Positions 1-15,500 of a DNA stretch of 64,000 nt are shown piece by piece. The stretch is from Bugula neritina. Lineage: Eukaryota > Animalia > Bryozoa. A program made the translations under genes and the position numbers. Each line of letters begins with the position of its first letter. Within the stretch, counting starts at the first letter, position 1. The DNA lies in the NCBI GenBank assembly GCA_964035545.1, contig CAXIUT010000230.1:1116001-1180000 (forward strand), given 5' to 3'. The notes under the pieces were generated by a model. The model was given only the letters and a program-made list of their open reading frames with translations, made no database searches and had not been told where the DNA came from.

Positions 1-3000
1 TACTGCAACATACTGAAATACACTGGAACATATTGAAATACACTGCGACACATTGAAACATACTGCAACATACTGAAATATACTGCAAGATACTGCAACA
101 TACTGAAACAGACTGTGACATACTGAAATACACTGCAACATACTGCAAGATACCGCAACCTACTGAAATACACTGTAACATATTGAAATACACTGCATCA
201 TACTGCAACATACTGAATTACACTGGAACATATTGATAGACACTGCAACACACTGAAATATACTGCAACACACTGAAACATACGGCAATATACCAAAATA
301 TACTGCGACACCTTGAAAAATACTGCAACATACGAAATATACTGCAAGTGGTGCAACATACTGAAATACAATGTGACACACTGGAATACACTGCAACATA
401 CTGCAACATACTGCAACATACTGAAATACACTGTAACATATTGAATTACACTGCATCATACTGCAACATACTGAAAAACACTGGAACATATTGATATGCA
501 CTGCAACTCATTGAAATATACTGCAACACACTGCAACATACGGCAGCATACCAAAATATAATGCGACACTTTGAAAAATACTGCAACATACTGAAATATA
601 CTGCAAGTGGTGCAACATACTGAATTACACTCTAACATACTGAAATATGCTGTAGCATACTGAAATACACTGCAACACACTGAAGTATACTGTAATACAC
701 TGAAATGTAATGCAACATACTGAATTATACTGCAACATAGTGCAACATACTGAAATACACTGTGACACACTGAAATACACTGAAACATAATGCAACATAC
801 TGCAACATACTGAAATACACTGTAACATATCGAAATACACTGCAACATACTGCAACATACTGCAACATACTGAAATACACCGTAACATATCGAAATACAC
901 TGCAACATACTGCAACACACTGAAATGCACCGGAACATAATGGAATACCCTGCAACAGATTGAAATATACTGCGACAGACTGAAACATAAGGTAACACAA
1001 TGAAGTATACTGCGACACATTAAAATATACTGCAACATACTGAAATATACTGCAACATACTGAAATGTAATGTAATATACAGAAACGTACTGTAACATAC
1101 TGAATTACACTCTAACATACTGAAACATGCTGTAGCATACTGAAATACACTGCAACACACTGAAGTATACTGTAATACACTGAAATGTGATGCAACATAC
1201 TGAATTATACTGCAACATAGTGCAACATACTGAAATACACTACAACAAACTGCAACATACTGAAATACACTGGAACATATTGAAATACACTGCGACACAT
1301 TGAAACATACTGCAACATACTGAAATACACTGGGACACATTGAAATATACTGTAACATACTGTAACATAATAAAATACACTGCAACACATTAAAAGATAC
1401 TGCAACATACTGAAACATACTGCAACATACTGCAACATACTGAAATACACCGTAACATATCGAAATACACTGCAACATACTGCAACATACTGAAATGCAC
1501 CGGAACATAATGGAATACCCTGCAACAGATTGAAATATACTGCAACAGACTGAAACATAAGGTAACACAATGAAGCATACTGCGACACATTAAAATATAC
1601 TGCAACATACTGAAATATACTGCAACATACTGAAATGTAATGTATTATACAGAAATGTACTGTAACATACTGAATTACACTCTAACATACTGAAACATGC
1701 TGTAGCATACTGAAATACACTGCAACACACTGAAGTATACTGTAATACACTGAAATGTGATGCAACATACTGAATTATACTGCAACATAGTGCAACATAC
1801 TGAAATACACTACAACAAACTGCAACATACTGAAATACACTGGAACATATTGAAATACACTGCGACACATTGAAACATACTGCAACATACTGAAATACAC
1901 TGGGACACATTGAAATATACTGTAACATACTGCAACATATTAAAATACACTGCAACACATTAAAATATACTGCAACATACTGAAACATACTGCAACATAC
2001 TGAAATACACTGTGACACACTGAAATACACTGCAACATACTGCAACATACTGCAACATACTGAATTACACTGGAACATATTGATATACACTGCAACACAT
2101 TGAAATATACTGCAACACACTGAACCATATGGCAACATACCGAAATTTACTGCGACACACTGAAAAATACTGCAACATACGAATTATACTTCAAGCGGTG
2201 CAACATACTGAAATACAATGTGACACACTGAAATACACTGCAACATACTGCAACATACTGCAACATACTGCAACATACTGAAATATTGTGCGACACATTG
2301 AAATATACTGCAACGTATTGAAATATACTGTAACATACTGCAACATACTAAAATACACTGCAACATACTGAAATACATTGCAACACATTAAAATATACTG
2401 CGACATACTGAAACATACTGCAACATGCTGAAATATACTGCAACATACTGAAATACACTATCACATATTGAAATATACTGCAACATACTGAATTACACTC
2501 TAACATACTGAAATATGCTGTAGCATACTGAAATACACTGCAAAACACTGAAGTATACGGTAATACACTGAAATGTTATGCAACATACTGAATTATACTG
2601 CAACATAGTGCAACATACTGAAATACACTACAACATACTGCATCATACTGAAACACACTGGAACATATTGAAATACACTGCGACACATTGAAACATACTG
2701 CAACATACTGAAATATACTGCAAGATACTGCAACATACTGAAACAGACTGTGACACACTGAAATACACTGCAACATACTGCAAGATACCGCAACCTACTG
2801 AAATACACTGTAACATATTGAAATACACTGCATCATACTGCAACATATTGAATTACACTGGAACATATTGATATACACTGCAACACACTGAAATATACTG
2901 CAACACACTGAAACATACGGCAATATACCAAAATATACTGCGACACCTTGAAAAATACTGCAACATACTGAAATATACTGCAAGTGGTGCAACATACTGA

Positions 3001-6000
3001 ATTACACTCTAACATACTGAAATATGCTGTAGCATACTGAAATACACTGCAACACACTGAAGTATACTGTAATACACTGAAATGTAATGCAACATACTGA
3101 ATTATACTGCAACATAGTGCAACATACTGAAATACACTGTGACACACTGAAATACACTGAAACATAATGCAACATACTGCAACATACTGAAATACACTGT
3201 AACATATCGAAATACACTGCAACATACTGCAACATACTGCAACATACTGAAATACACCGTAACATATCGAAATACACTGCAACATACTGCAACATACTGA
3301 AATGCACCGGAACATAATGGAATACCCTGCAACAGATTGAAATATACTGCGACAGACTGAAACATAAGGTAACACAATGAAGTATACTGCGACACATTAA
3401 AATATACTGCAACATACTGAAATATACTGCAACATACTGAAATGTAATGTAATATACAGAAATGTACTGTAACATACTGAATTACACTCTAACATACTGA
3501 AACATGCTGTAGCATACTGAAATACACTGCAACACACTGAAGTATACTGTAATACACTGAAATGTGATGCAACATACTGAATTATACTGCAACATAGTGC
3601 AACATACTGAAATACACTACAACAAACTGCAACATACTGAAATACACTGGAACATATTGAAATACACTGCGACACATTGAAACATACTGCAACATACTGA
3701 AATACACTGGGACACATTGAAATATACTGTAACATACTGTAACATAATAAAATACACTGCAACACATTAAAATATACTGCAACATACTGAAACATACTGC
3801 AACATACTGAAATACACTGTGACACACTGAAATACACTGCAACATACTGAAATACATTGCAACACATTAAAATATATTGCGACATACTGAAACATACTGC
3901 AACATGCTGAAATATACTGCAACATACTGAAATACACTATCACATATTGAAATATACTGCAACATACTGAATTACACTCTAACATACTGAAATATGCTGT
4001 AGCATACTGAAATACACTGCAACACACTGAAGTATACTGTAATACACTGAAATGTAATGCAAAATACTGAATTATACTGCAACATAGTGCAACATACTGA
4101 AATACACTACAACATACTGCAACATACTGAAATACACTGGAACATATTGAAATACACTGCGACACATTGAAACATACTGCAACATACTGAAATATACTGC
4201 AAGATACTGCAACATACTGAAACAGACTGTGACATACTGAAATACACTGCAACATACTGCAAGATACCGCAACCTACTGAAATACACTGTAACATATTGA
4301 AATACACTGCATCATACTGCAACATACTGAATTACACTGGAACATATTGATTTACACTGCAACACATTGAAATATACTGCAACACACTGAAACATACGGC
4401 AATATACCAAAATATACTGCGACACCTTGAAAAATACTGCAACATACGAAATATACTGCAAGTGGTGGAACATACTGAAATACAATGTGACACACTGGAA
4501 TACACTGCAACATACTGCAACATACTGCAACATACTGAAATACACTGTAACATATTGAGTTACACTGCATCATACTGCAACATACTGAAAAACACTGGAA
4601 CATATTGATATGCACTGCAACTCATTGAAATATACTGCAACACACTGCAACATACGGCAGCATACCGAAATATACTGCGACACCTTGAAAAATACTGCAA
4701 CATACTGAAATATACTGCAAGTGGTGCAACATACTGAATTACACTCTAACATACTGAAATATGCTGTAGCATACTGAAATACACTGCAACACACTGAAGT
4801 ATACTGTAATACACTGAAATGTAATGCAACATACTGAATTATACTGCAACATAGTGCAACATACTGAAATACACTGTGACACACTGAAATACACTGAAAC
4901 ATAATGCAACATACTGCAACATACTGAAATACACTGTAACATATCGAAATACACTGCAACATACTGCAACATACTGCAACATACTGAATTACACCGTAAC
5001 ATATCGAAATACACTGCAACATACTGCAACATACTGAAATGCACCGGAACATAATGGAATACCCTGCAACAGATTGAAATATACTGCAACAGACTGAAAC
5101 ATAAGGTAACACAATGAAGTATACTGCGACACATTAAAATATACTGCAACATACTGAAATATACTGCAACATACTGAAATGTAATGTATTATACAGGAAT
5201 GTACTGTAACATACTGAATTACACTCTAACATACTGAAACATGCTGTAGCATACTGAAATACACTGCAACACACTGAAGTATACTGTAATACACTGAAAT
5301 GTGATGCAACATACTGAATTATACTGCAACAAACTGCAACATACTGAAATAGACTGGAACATATTGAAATACACTGCGACACATTGAAACATACTGCAAC
5401 ATACTGAAATACACTGGGACACATTGAAATATACTGTAACATACTGCAACATACTAAAATACACTGCAACACATTAAAATATACTGCAACATACTGAAAC
5501 ATACTGCAACATACTGAAATACACTGTGACACACTGAAATACACTGCAACATACTGCAACATACTGCAACATACTGAATTACACTGGAACATATTGATAT
5601 ACACTGCAACACATTGAAATATACTGCAACACACTGAACCATATGGCAACATACCGAAATTTACTGCGACACACTGAAAAATACTGCAACATACGAATTA
5701 TACTTCAAGCGGTGCAACATACTGAAATACAATGTGACACACTGAAATACACTGCAACATACTGCAACATACTGCAACATACTGAAATATTGTGCGACAC
5801 ATTGAATTATACTGCAACGTATTGAAATATACTGTAACATACTGCAACATACTAAAATACACTGCAACATACTGAAATACATTGCAACACATTAAAATAT
5901 ACTGCGACATACTGAAACATACTGCAACATGCTGAAATATACTGCAACATACTGAAATACACTATAACATATTGAAATATACTGCAACATACTGAATTAC

Positions 6001-9000
6001 ACTCTAACATACTGAAATATGCTGTAGCATACTGAAATACACTGCAACACACTGAAGTATACTGTAATACACTGAAATGTAATGCAACATACTGAATTAT
6101 ACTGCAACATAGTGCAACATACTGAAATACACTACAACATACTCCAACATACTGAAATACACTGGAACATATTGAAATACACTGCGACACATTGAAACAT
6201 ACTGCAACATACTGAAGTATACTGCAAGATACTGCAACATACTGAAACAGACTGTGACATACTGAAATACACTGCAACATACTGCAAGATACCGCAACCT
6301 ACTGAAATACACTGTAACATATTGAAATACACTGCATCATACTGCAACATACTGAATTACACTGGAACATATTGATATACACTGCAACACATTGAAATAT
6401 ACTGCAACACACTGAAACATACGGCAATATACCAAAATATACTGCGACACCTTGAAAAATACTGCAACATACGAAATATACTGCAAGTGGTGCAACATAC
6501 TGAAATACAATGTGACACACTGGAATACACTGCAACATACTGCAACATACTGAAATATTGTGCGACACAATAAAATATACTGCAACATATTGAAATATAC
6601 TGTAATATACTGCAACATACTAAAATACACTGCAACACATTAAAATATACTGCAACATACTGAAACATACTGCAACATACTGAAATACACTGTGACACAC
6701 TGAAATACACTGCAACATACTGCAACATACTGCAACATACTGCAACATACTGAATTACACTGGAACATATCGATATACACTGCAACACATTGAAATATAC
6801 TGCAACACACTGAACCATATGGCAACATACCGAAATTTACTGCGACACACTGAAAAATACAGCAACATACGAATTATACTTCAAGTGGTGCAACATACTG
6901 AAATACAATGTGACACACTGAAATACACTGCAACATACTGCAACATACTGCAACATACTGAAATATTGTGCGACACATTGAAATATACAGCAACGTATTG
7001 AAATATACTGTAACATACTGCAACATACTAAAATACACTGCAACATACTGAAATACATTGCAACACATTAAAATATACTGCGACATACTGAAACATACTG
7101 CAACATGCTGAAATATACTGCAACATACTGAAAGACACTATCACATATTGAAATATACTGCAACATACTGAATTACACTCTAACAAACTGAAATATGCTG
7201 TAGCATACTGAAATACACTGCAACACACTGAAGTATACTGTAATACACTGAAATGTAATGCAACATACTGAATTATACTGCAACATAGTGCAACATACTG
7301 AAATACACTACAACATACTGCAACATACTGAAATACACTGGAACATATTGAAATACACTGCGACACATTGAAACATACTGCAACATACTGAAATATACTG
7401 CATGATACTGCAACATACTGAAACAGACTGTGACATACTGAAATACACTGCAACATACTGCAAGATACCGCAACCTACTGAAATACACTGTAACATATTG
7501 AAATACACTGCATCATACTGCAACATACTGAATTACACTGGAACATATTGATAGACACTGCAACACACTGAAATATACTGCAACACACTGAAACATACGG
7601 CAATATACCAAAATATACTGCGACACCTTGAAAAATACTGCAACATACGAAATATACTGCAAGTGGTGCAACATACTGAAATACAATGTGACACACTGGA
7701 ATACACTGCAACATACTGCAACATACTGCAACATACTGAAATACACTGTAACATATTGAATTACACTGCATCATACTGCAACATACTGAAAAACACTGGA
7801 ACATATTGATATGCACTGCAACTCATTGAAATATACTGCAACACACTGCAACATACGGCAGCATACCGAAATATACTGCGACACCTTGAAAAATACTGCA
7901 ACATACTGAAATATACTGCAAGTGGTGCAACATACTGAATTACACTCTAACATACTGAAATATGCTGTAGCATACTGAAATACACTGCAACACACTGAAG
8001 TATACTGTAATACACTGAAATGTAATGCAACATACTGAATTATACTGCAACATAGTGCAACATACTGAAATACACTGTGACATATCGAAATACACTGCAA
8101 CATACTGCAACATACTGCAACATACTGAAATACACCGTAACATATCGAAATACACTGCAACATACTGCAACATACTGAAATGCACCGGAACATAATGGAA
8201 TACCCTGCAACAGATTGAAATATACTGCAACAGACTGAAACATAAGGTAACACAATGAAGTATACTGCGACACATTAAAATATACTGCAACATACTGAAA
8301 TATACTGCAACATACTGAAATGTAATGTATTATACAGAAATGTACTGTAACATACTGAATTACACTCTAACATACTGAAACATGCTGTAGCATACTGAAA
8401 TACACTGCAACACACTGAAGTATACTGTAATACACTGAAATGTGATGCAACATACTGAATTATACTGCAACATAGTGCAACATACTGAAATACACTACAA
8501 CAAACTGCAACATACTGAAATACACTGGAACATATTGAAATACACTGCGACACATTGAAACATACTGCAACATACTGAAATACACTGGGACACATTGAAA
8601 TATACTGTAACATACTGCAACATATTAAAATACACTGCAACACATTAAAATATACTGCAACATACTGAAACATACTGCAACATACTGAAATACACTGTGA
8701 CACACTGAAATACACTGCAACATACTGCAACATACTGCAACATACTGAATTACACTGGAACATATTGATATACACTGCAACACATTGAAATATACTGCAA
8801 CACACTGAACCATATGGCAACATACCGAAATTTACTGCGACACACTGAAAAATACTGCAACATACGAATTATACTTCAAGCGGTGCAACATACTGAAATA
8901 CAATGTGACACACTGAAATACACTGCAACATACTGCAACATACTGCAACATACTGCAACATACTGAAATATTGTGCGACACATTGAAATATACTGCAACG

Positions 9001-10900
9001 TATTGAAATATACTGTAACATACTGCAACATACTAAAATACACTGCAACATACTGAAATACATTGCAACACATTAAAATATACTGCGACATACTGCAACA
9101 TACTGAAATGCACCGGAACATAATGGAATACCCTGCAACAGATTGAAATATACTGCGACAGACTGAAACATAAGGTAACACAATGAAGTATACTGCGACA
9201 CATTAAAATATACTGCAACATACTGAAATATACTGCAACATACTGAAATGTAATGTAATATACAGAAATGTACTGTAACATACTGAATTACACTCTAACA
9301 TACTGAAACATGCTGTAGCATACTGAAATACACTGCAACACACTGAAGTATACTGTAATACACTGAAATGTAATGCAAAATACTGAATTATACTGCAACA
9401 TAGTGCAACATACTGAAATACACTGTAACATATTGAAATACACTGCGACACATTGAAACATACTGCAACATACTGAAATACACTGGGACACATTGATATA
9501 TACTGTAACATACTGTAACATAATAAAATACACTGCAACACATTAAAATATACTGCAACATACTGAAACATACTGCAACATACTGAAATACACTGTGACA
9601 CACTGAAATACACTGCAACATACTGAAATACATTGCAACACATTAAAATATATTGCGACATACTGAAACATACTGCAACATGCTGAAATATACTGCAACA
9701 TACTGAAATACACTATCACATATTGAAATATACTGCAACATACTGAATTACACTCTAACATACTGAAATATGCTGTAGCATACTGAAATACACTGCAACA
9801 CACTGAAGTATACTGTAATACACTGAAATGTAATGCAAAATACTGAATTATACTGCAACATAGTGCAACATACTGAAATACACTACAACATACTGCAACA
9901 AACTGAAATACACTGGAACATATTGAAATACACTGCGACACATTGAAACATACTGCAACATACTGAAATATACTGCAAGATACTGCAACATACTGAAACA
10001 GACTGTGACATACTGAAATACACTGCAACATACTGCAAGATACCGCAACCTACTGAAATACACTGTAACATATTGAAATACACTGCATCATACTGCAACA
10101 TACTGAATTACACTGGAACATATTGATTTACACTGCAACACATTGAAATATACTGCAACACACTGAAACATACGGCAATATACCAAAATATACTGCGACA
10201 CCTTGAAAAATACTGCAACATACGAAATATACTGCAAGTGGTGGAACATACTGAAATACAATGTGACACACTGGAATACACTGCAACATACTGCAACATA
10301 CTGCAACATACTGAAATACACCGTAACATATCGAAATACACTGCAACATACTGCAACATACTGAAATGCACCGGAACATAATGGAATACCCTGCAACAGA
10401 TTGAAATATACTGCAACAGACTGAAACATAAGGTAACGCAATGAAGTATACTGCGACACATTAAAATATACTGCAACATACTGAAATATACTGCAACATA
10501 CTGAAATGTAATGTATTATACAGAAATGTACTGTAACATACTGAATTACACTCTAACATACTGAAACATGCTGTAGCATACTGAAATACACTGCAACACA
10601 CTGAAGTATACTGTAATACACTGAAATGTGATGCAACATACTGAATTATACTGCAACAAACTGCAACATACTGAAATACACTGGAACATATTGAAATACA
10701 CTGCGACACATTGAAACATACTGCAACATACTGAAATACACTGGGATACATTGAAATATACTGTAACATACTGCAACATACTAAAATACACTGCAACACA
10801 TTAAAATATACTGCAACATACTGAAACATACTGCAACATACTGAAATACACTGTGACACACTGAAATACACTGCAACATACTGCAACACACTGCAACATA
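1..10900 (+). repeat. Left flanking (more heterogeneous) satellite layer
   Basis: Carries motifs absent from the core: TATTGTGCGAC...CAACGTATTG (~2284, 5788, 6964, 8969), CTATCAC (~2458, 3937, 7138, 9713), AACAGACTGTGAC (~107, 2743, 4222, 6247, 7423, 9997) and TTCAAGCGG (~2190, 5705, 8875). Module order is irregular. Confidence 0.85.
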
Positions 10901-11420
10901 CTGAATTACACTGGAACATGTTGATATACACTGCAACACATTGAAATATACTGCAACACAGAACCATATGGCAACATACCGAAATTTACTGCGACACACT
11001 GAAAAATACAGCAACATACGAATTATACTTCAAGTGGTGCAACATACTGAAATACAATGTGACACACTGAAATACACTGCAACATACTGCAACATACTGC
11101 AACATACTAAAATACACTGCAACACATTAAAATATACTGCAACATACTGAAACATACTGCAACATACTGAAATACACTGTGACACACTGAAATACACTGC
11201 AACATACTGCAACATACTGCAACATACTGCAACATACTGAATTACACTGGAACATATCGATATACACTGCAACACATTGAAATATACTGCAACACACTGA
11301 ACCATATGGCAACATACCAAAATTTACTGCGACACACTGAAAAATACAGCAACATACGAATTATACTTCAAGTGGTGCAACATACTGAAATACAATGTGA
11401 CACACTGAAATACACTGCAA

Positions 11421-11790
11421 CATACTGCAACATACTGCAACATACTAAAATACACTGCAACACATTAAAATATACTGCAACATACTGAAACATACTGCAA
11501 CATACTGAAATACACTGTGACACACTGAAATACACTGCAACATACTGCAAGATACCGCAACCTACTGAAATACACTGTAACATATTGAAATGCACTGCAT
11601 CATACTGCAACATACTGCAACATACTAAAATACACTGCAACACATTAAAATATACTGCAACATACTGAAACATACTGCAACATACTGAAATACACTGTGA
11701 CATACTGAAATACACTGCAACATACTGCAAGATACCGCAACCTACTGAAATACACTGTAACATATTGAAATACACTGCATCATACTGCAA
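11421..11790 (+). repeat. 180-bp tandem sub-repeat (x2) marked by GCAAGATACCGCAACCTAC; present in most core HOR copies
   Basis: CATACTAAAA at 11441 and 11621; GATACCGCAACC at 11551 and 11731. Confidence 0.9.
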
Positions 11791-12599
11791 CATACTGAAT
11801 TACACTGGAACATATTGATTTACACTGCAACACATTGAAATATACTGCAACACACTGAAACATACGGCAATATACCAAAATATACTGCGACACCTTGAAA
11901 AATACTGCAACATACGAAATATACTGCAAGTGGTGGAACATACTGAAATACAATTTGACACACTGGAATACACTGCAACATACTGCAACATACTGCAACA
12001 TACTGAAATACACTGTAACATATTGAATTACACTGCATCATACTGCAACACACTGAAAAAACACTGGAACATATTGATATGCACTGCAACTCATTGAAAT
12101 ATACTGCAACACACTGCAACATACGGCAGCATACCGAAATATACTGCGACACCTTGAAAAATACTGCAACATACTGAAATATACCGCAAGTGGTGCAACA
12201 TACTGAATTACACTCTAACATACTGAAATATGCTGTAGCATACTGAAATACACTGCAACACACTGAAGTATACTGTAATACACTGAAATGTAATGCAACA
12301 TACTGAATTATACTGCAACATAGTGCAACATACTGAAATACACTGTGACACACTGAAATACACTGAAACATAATGCAACATACTGCAACATACTGAAATA
12401 CACTGTAACATATCGAAATACACTGCAACATACTGCAACATACTGCAACATACTGAAATACACCGTAACATATCGAAATACACTGCAACATACTGCAACA
12501 TACTGAAATGCACCGGAACATAATGGAATACCCTGCAACAGATTGAAATATACTGCAACAGACTGAAACATAAGGTAACACAATGAAGTATACTGCGAC

Positions 12600-15500
12600 A
12601 CACTGAAACATACGGCAACATACCGAAATAAACTGCAACACGTTGAAAATTATTTAAACATACTGAAATATACTGCGACGCCTTAAAATATACTGCAACA
12701 TACTGAAATAGACTGCAAGTGGTGCAACATACTGAAATACACTGTGACACACTGAAATACACTGCAACATACTGAAATACACTGGGATACATTGAAATAT
12801 ACTGTAACATACTGCAACATACTAAAATACACTGCAACACATTAAAATATACTGCAACATACTGAAACATACTGCAACATACTGAAATACACTGTGACAC
12901 ACTGAAATACACTGCAACATACTGCAACACACTGCAACATACTGAATTACACTGGAACATGTTGATATACACTGCAACACATTGAAATATACTGCAACAC
13001 ACTGAACCATATGGCAACATACCAAAATTTACTGCGACACACTGAAAAATACAGCAACATACGAATTATACTTCAAGTGGTGACACATACTGAAATACAA
13101 TGTGACACACTGAAATACACTGCAACATACTGCAACATACTGCAACATACTAAAATACACTGCAACACATTAAAACATACTGCAACATACTGAAACATAC
13201 TGCAACATACTGAAATACACTGTGACACACTGCAATACACTGCAACATACTGCAACATACTGCAACATACTGCAACATACTGAATTACACTGGAACATAT
13301 CGATATACACTGCAACACATTGAAATATACTGCAACACACTGAACCATATGGCAACATACCAAAACTTACTGCGACACACTGAAAAATACAGCAACATAC
13401 GAATTATACTTCAAGTGGTGCAACATACTGAAATACAATGTGACACACTGAAATACACTGCAACATACTGCAACATACTGCAACATACTAAAATACACTG
13501 CAACACATTAAAATATACTGCAACATACTGAAACATACTGCAACATACTGAAATACACTGTGATACACTGAAATACACTGCAACATACTGCAAGATACCG
13601 CAACCTACTGAAATACACTGTAACATATTGAAATGCACTGCATCATACTGCAACATACTGCAACATACTAAAATACACTGCAACACATTAAAATATACTG
13701 CAACATACTGAAACATACTGCAACATACTGAAATACACTGTGACACACTGAAATACACTGCAACATACTGCAACATACTGCAACATACTGCAACATACTG
13801 AATTACACTGGAACATATCGATATACACTGCAACACATTGAAATATACTGCAACACACTGAACCATATGGCAACATACCAAAATTTACTGCGACACACTG
13901 AAAAATACAGCAACATACGAATTATACTTCAAGTGGTGCAACATACTGAAATACAATGTGACACACTGAAATACACTGCAACATACTGCAACATACTGCA
14001 ACATACTAAAATACACTGCAACACATTAAAATATACTGCAACATACTGAAACATACTGCAACATACTGAAATACACTGTGACACACTGAAATACACTGCA
14101 ACATACTGCAAGATACCGCAACCTACTGAAATACACTGTAACATATTGAAATGCACTGCATCATACTGCAACATACTGCAACATACTAAAATACACTGCA
14201 ACACATTAAAATATACTGCAACATACTGAAACATACTGCAACATACTGAAATACACTGTGACATACTGAAATACACTGCAACATACTGCAAGATACCGCA
14301 ACCTACTGAAATACACTGTAACATATTCAAATACACTGCATCATACTGCAACATACTGAATTACACTGGAACATATTGATTTACACTGCAACACATTGAA
14401 ATATACTGCAACACACTGAAACATACGGCAATATACCAAAATATACTGCGACACCTTGAAAAATACTGCAACATACGAAATATACTGCAAGTGGTGGAAC
14501 ATACTGAAATACAATTTGACACACTGGAATACACTGCAACATACTGCAACATACTGCAACATACTGAAATACACTGTAACATATTGAATTACACTGCATC
14601 ATACTGCAACACACTGAAAAAACACTGGAACATATTGATATGCACTGCAACTCATTGAAATATACTGCAACACACTGCAACATACGGCAGCATACCGAAA
14701 TATACTGCGACACCTTGAAAAATACTGCAACATACTGAAATATACCGCAAGTGGTGCAACATACTGAATTACACTCTAACATACTGAAATATGCTGTAGC
14801 ATACTGAAATACACTGCAACACACTGAAGTATACTGTAATACACTGAAATGTAATGCAACATACTGAATTATACTGCAACATAGTGCAACATACTGAAAT
14901 ACACTGTGACACACTGAAATACACTGAAACATAATGCAACATACTGCAACATACTGAAATACACTGTAACATATCGAAATACACTGCAACATACTGCAAC
15001 ATACTGCAACATACTGCAACATACTGAATTACACTGGAACATATCGATATACACTGCAACACATTGAAATATACTGCAACACACTGAACCATATGGCAAC
15101 ATACCAAAATTTACTGCGACACACTGAAAAATACAGCAACATACGATTTATACTTCAAGTGGTGCAACATACTGAAATACAATGTGACACACTGAAATAC
15201 ACTGCAACATACTGCAACATACTGCAACATACTAAAATACACTGCAACACATTAAAATATACTGCAACATACTGAAACATACTGCAACATACTGAAATAC
15301 ACTGTGACACACTGAAATACACTGCAACATACTGCAAGATACCGCAACCTACTGAAATACACTGTAACATATTGAAATGCACTGCATCATACTGCAACAT
15401 ACTGCAACATACTAAAATACACTGCAACACATTAAAATATACTGCAACATACTGAAACATACTGCAACATACTGAAATACACTGTGACATACTGAAATAC

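Noticed and set aside
12631-12660. CACGTTGAAAA resembling part of the CENP-B box
   Set aside because: It lacks the required TTCG....A..CGGG core.
12955-13306. Short palindromes AACATGTT, ATATCGATAT, CCATATGG
   Set aside because: These are only 8-10 bp and arise from single substitutions in monomers; they are too short to support hairpin, terminator or cruciform calls.
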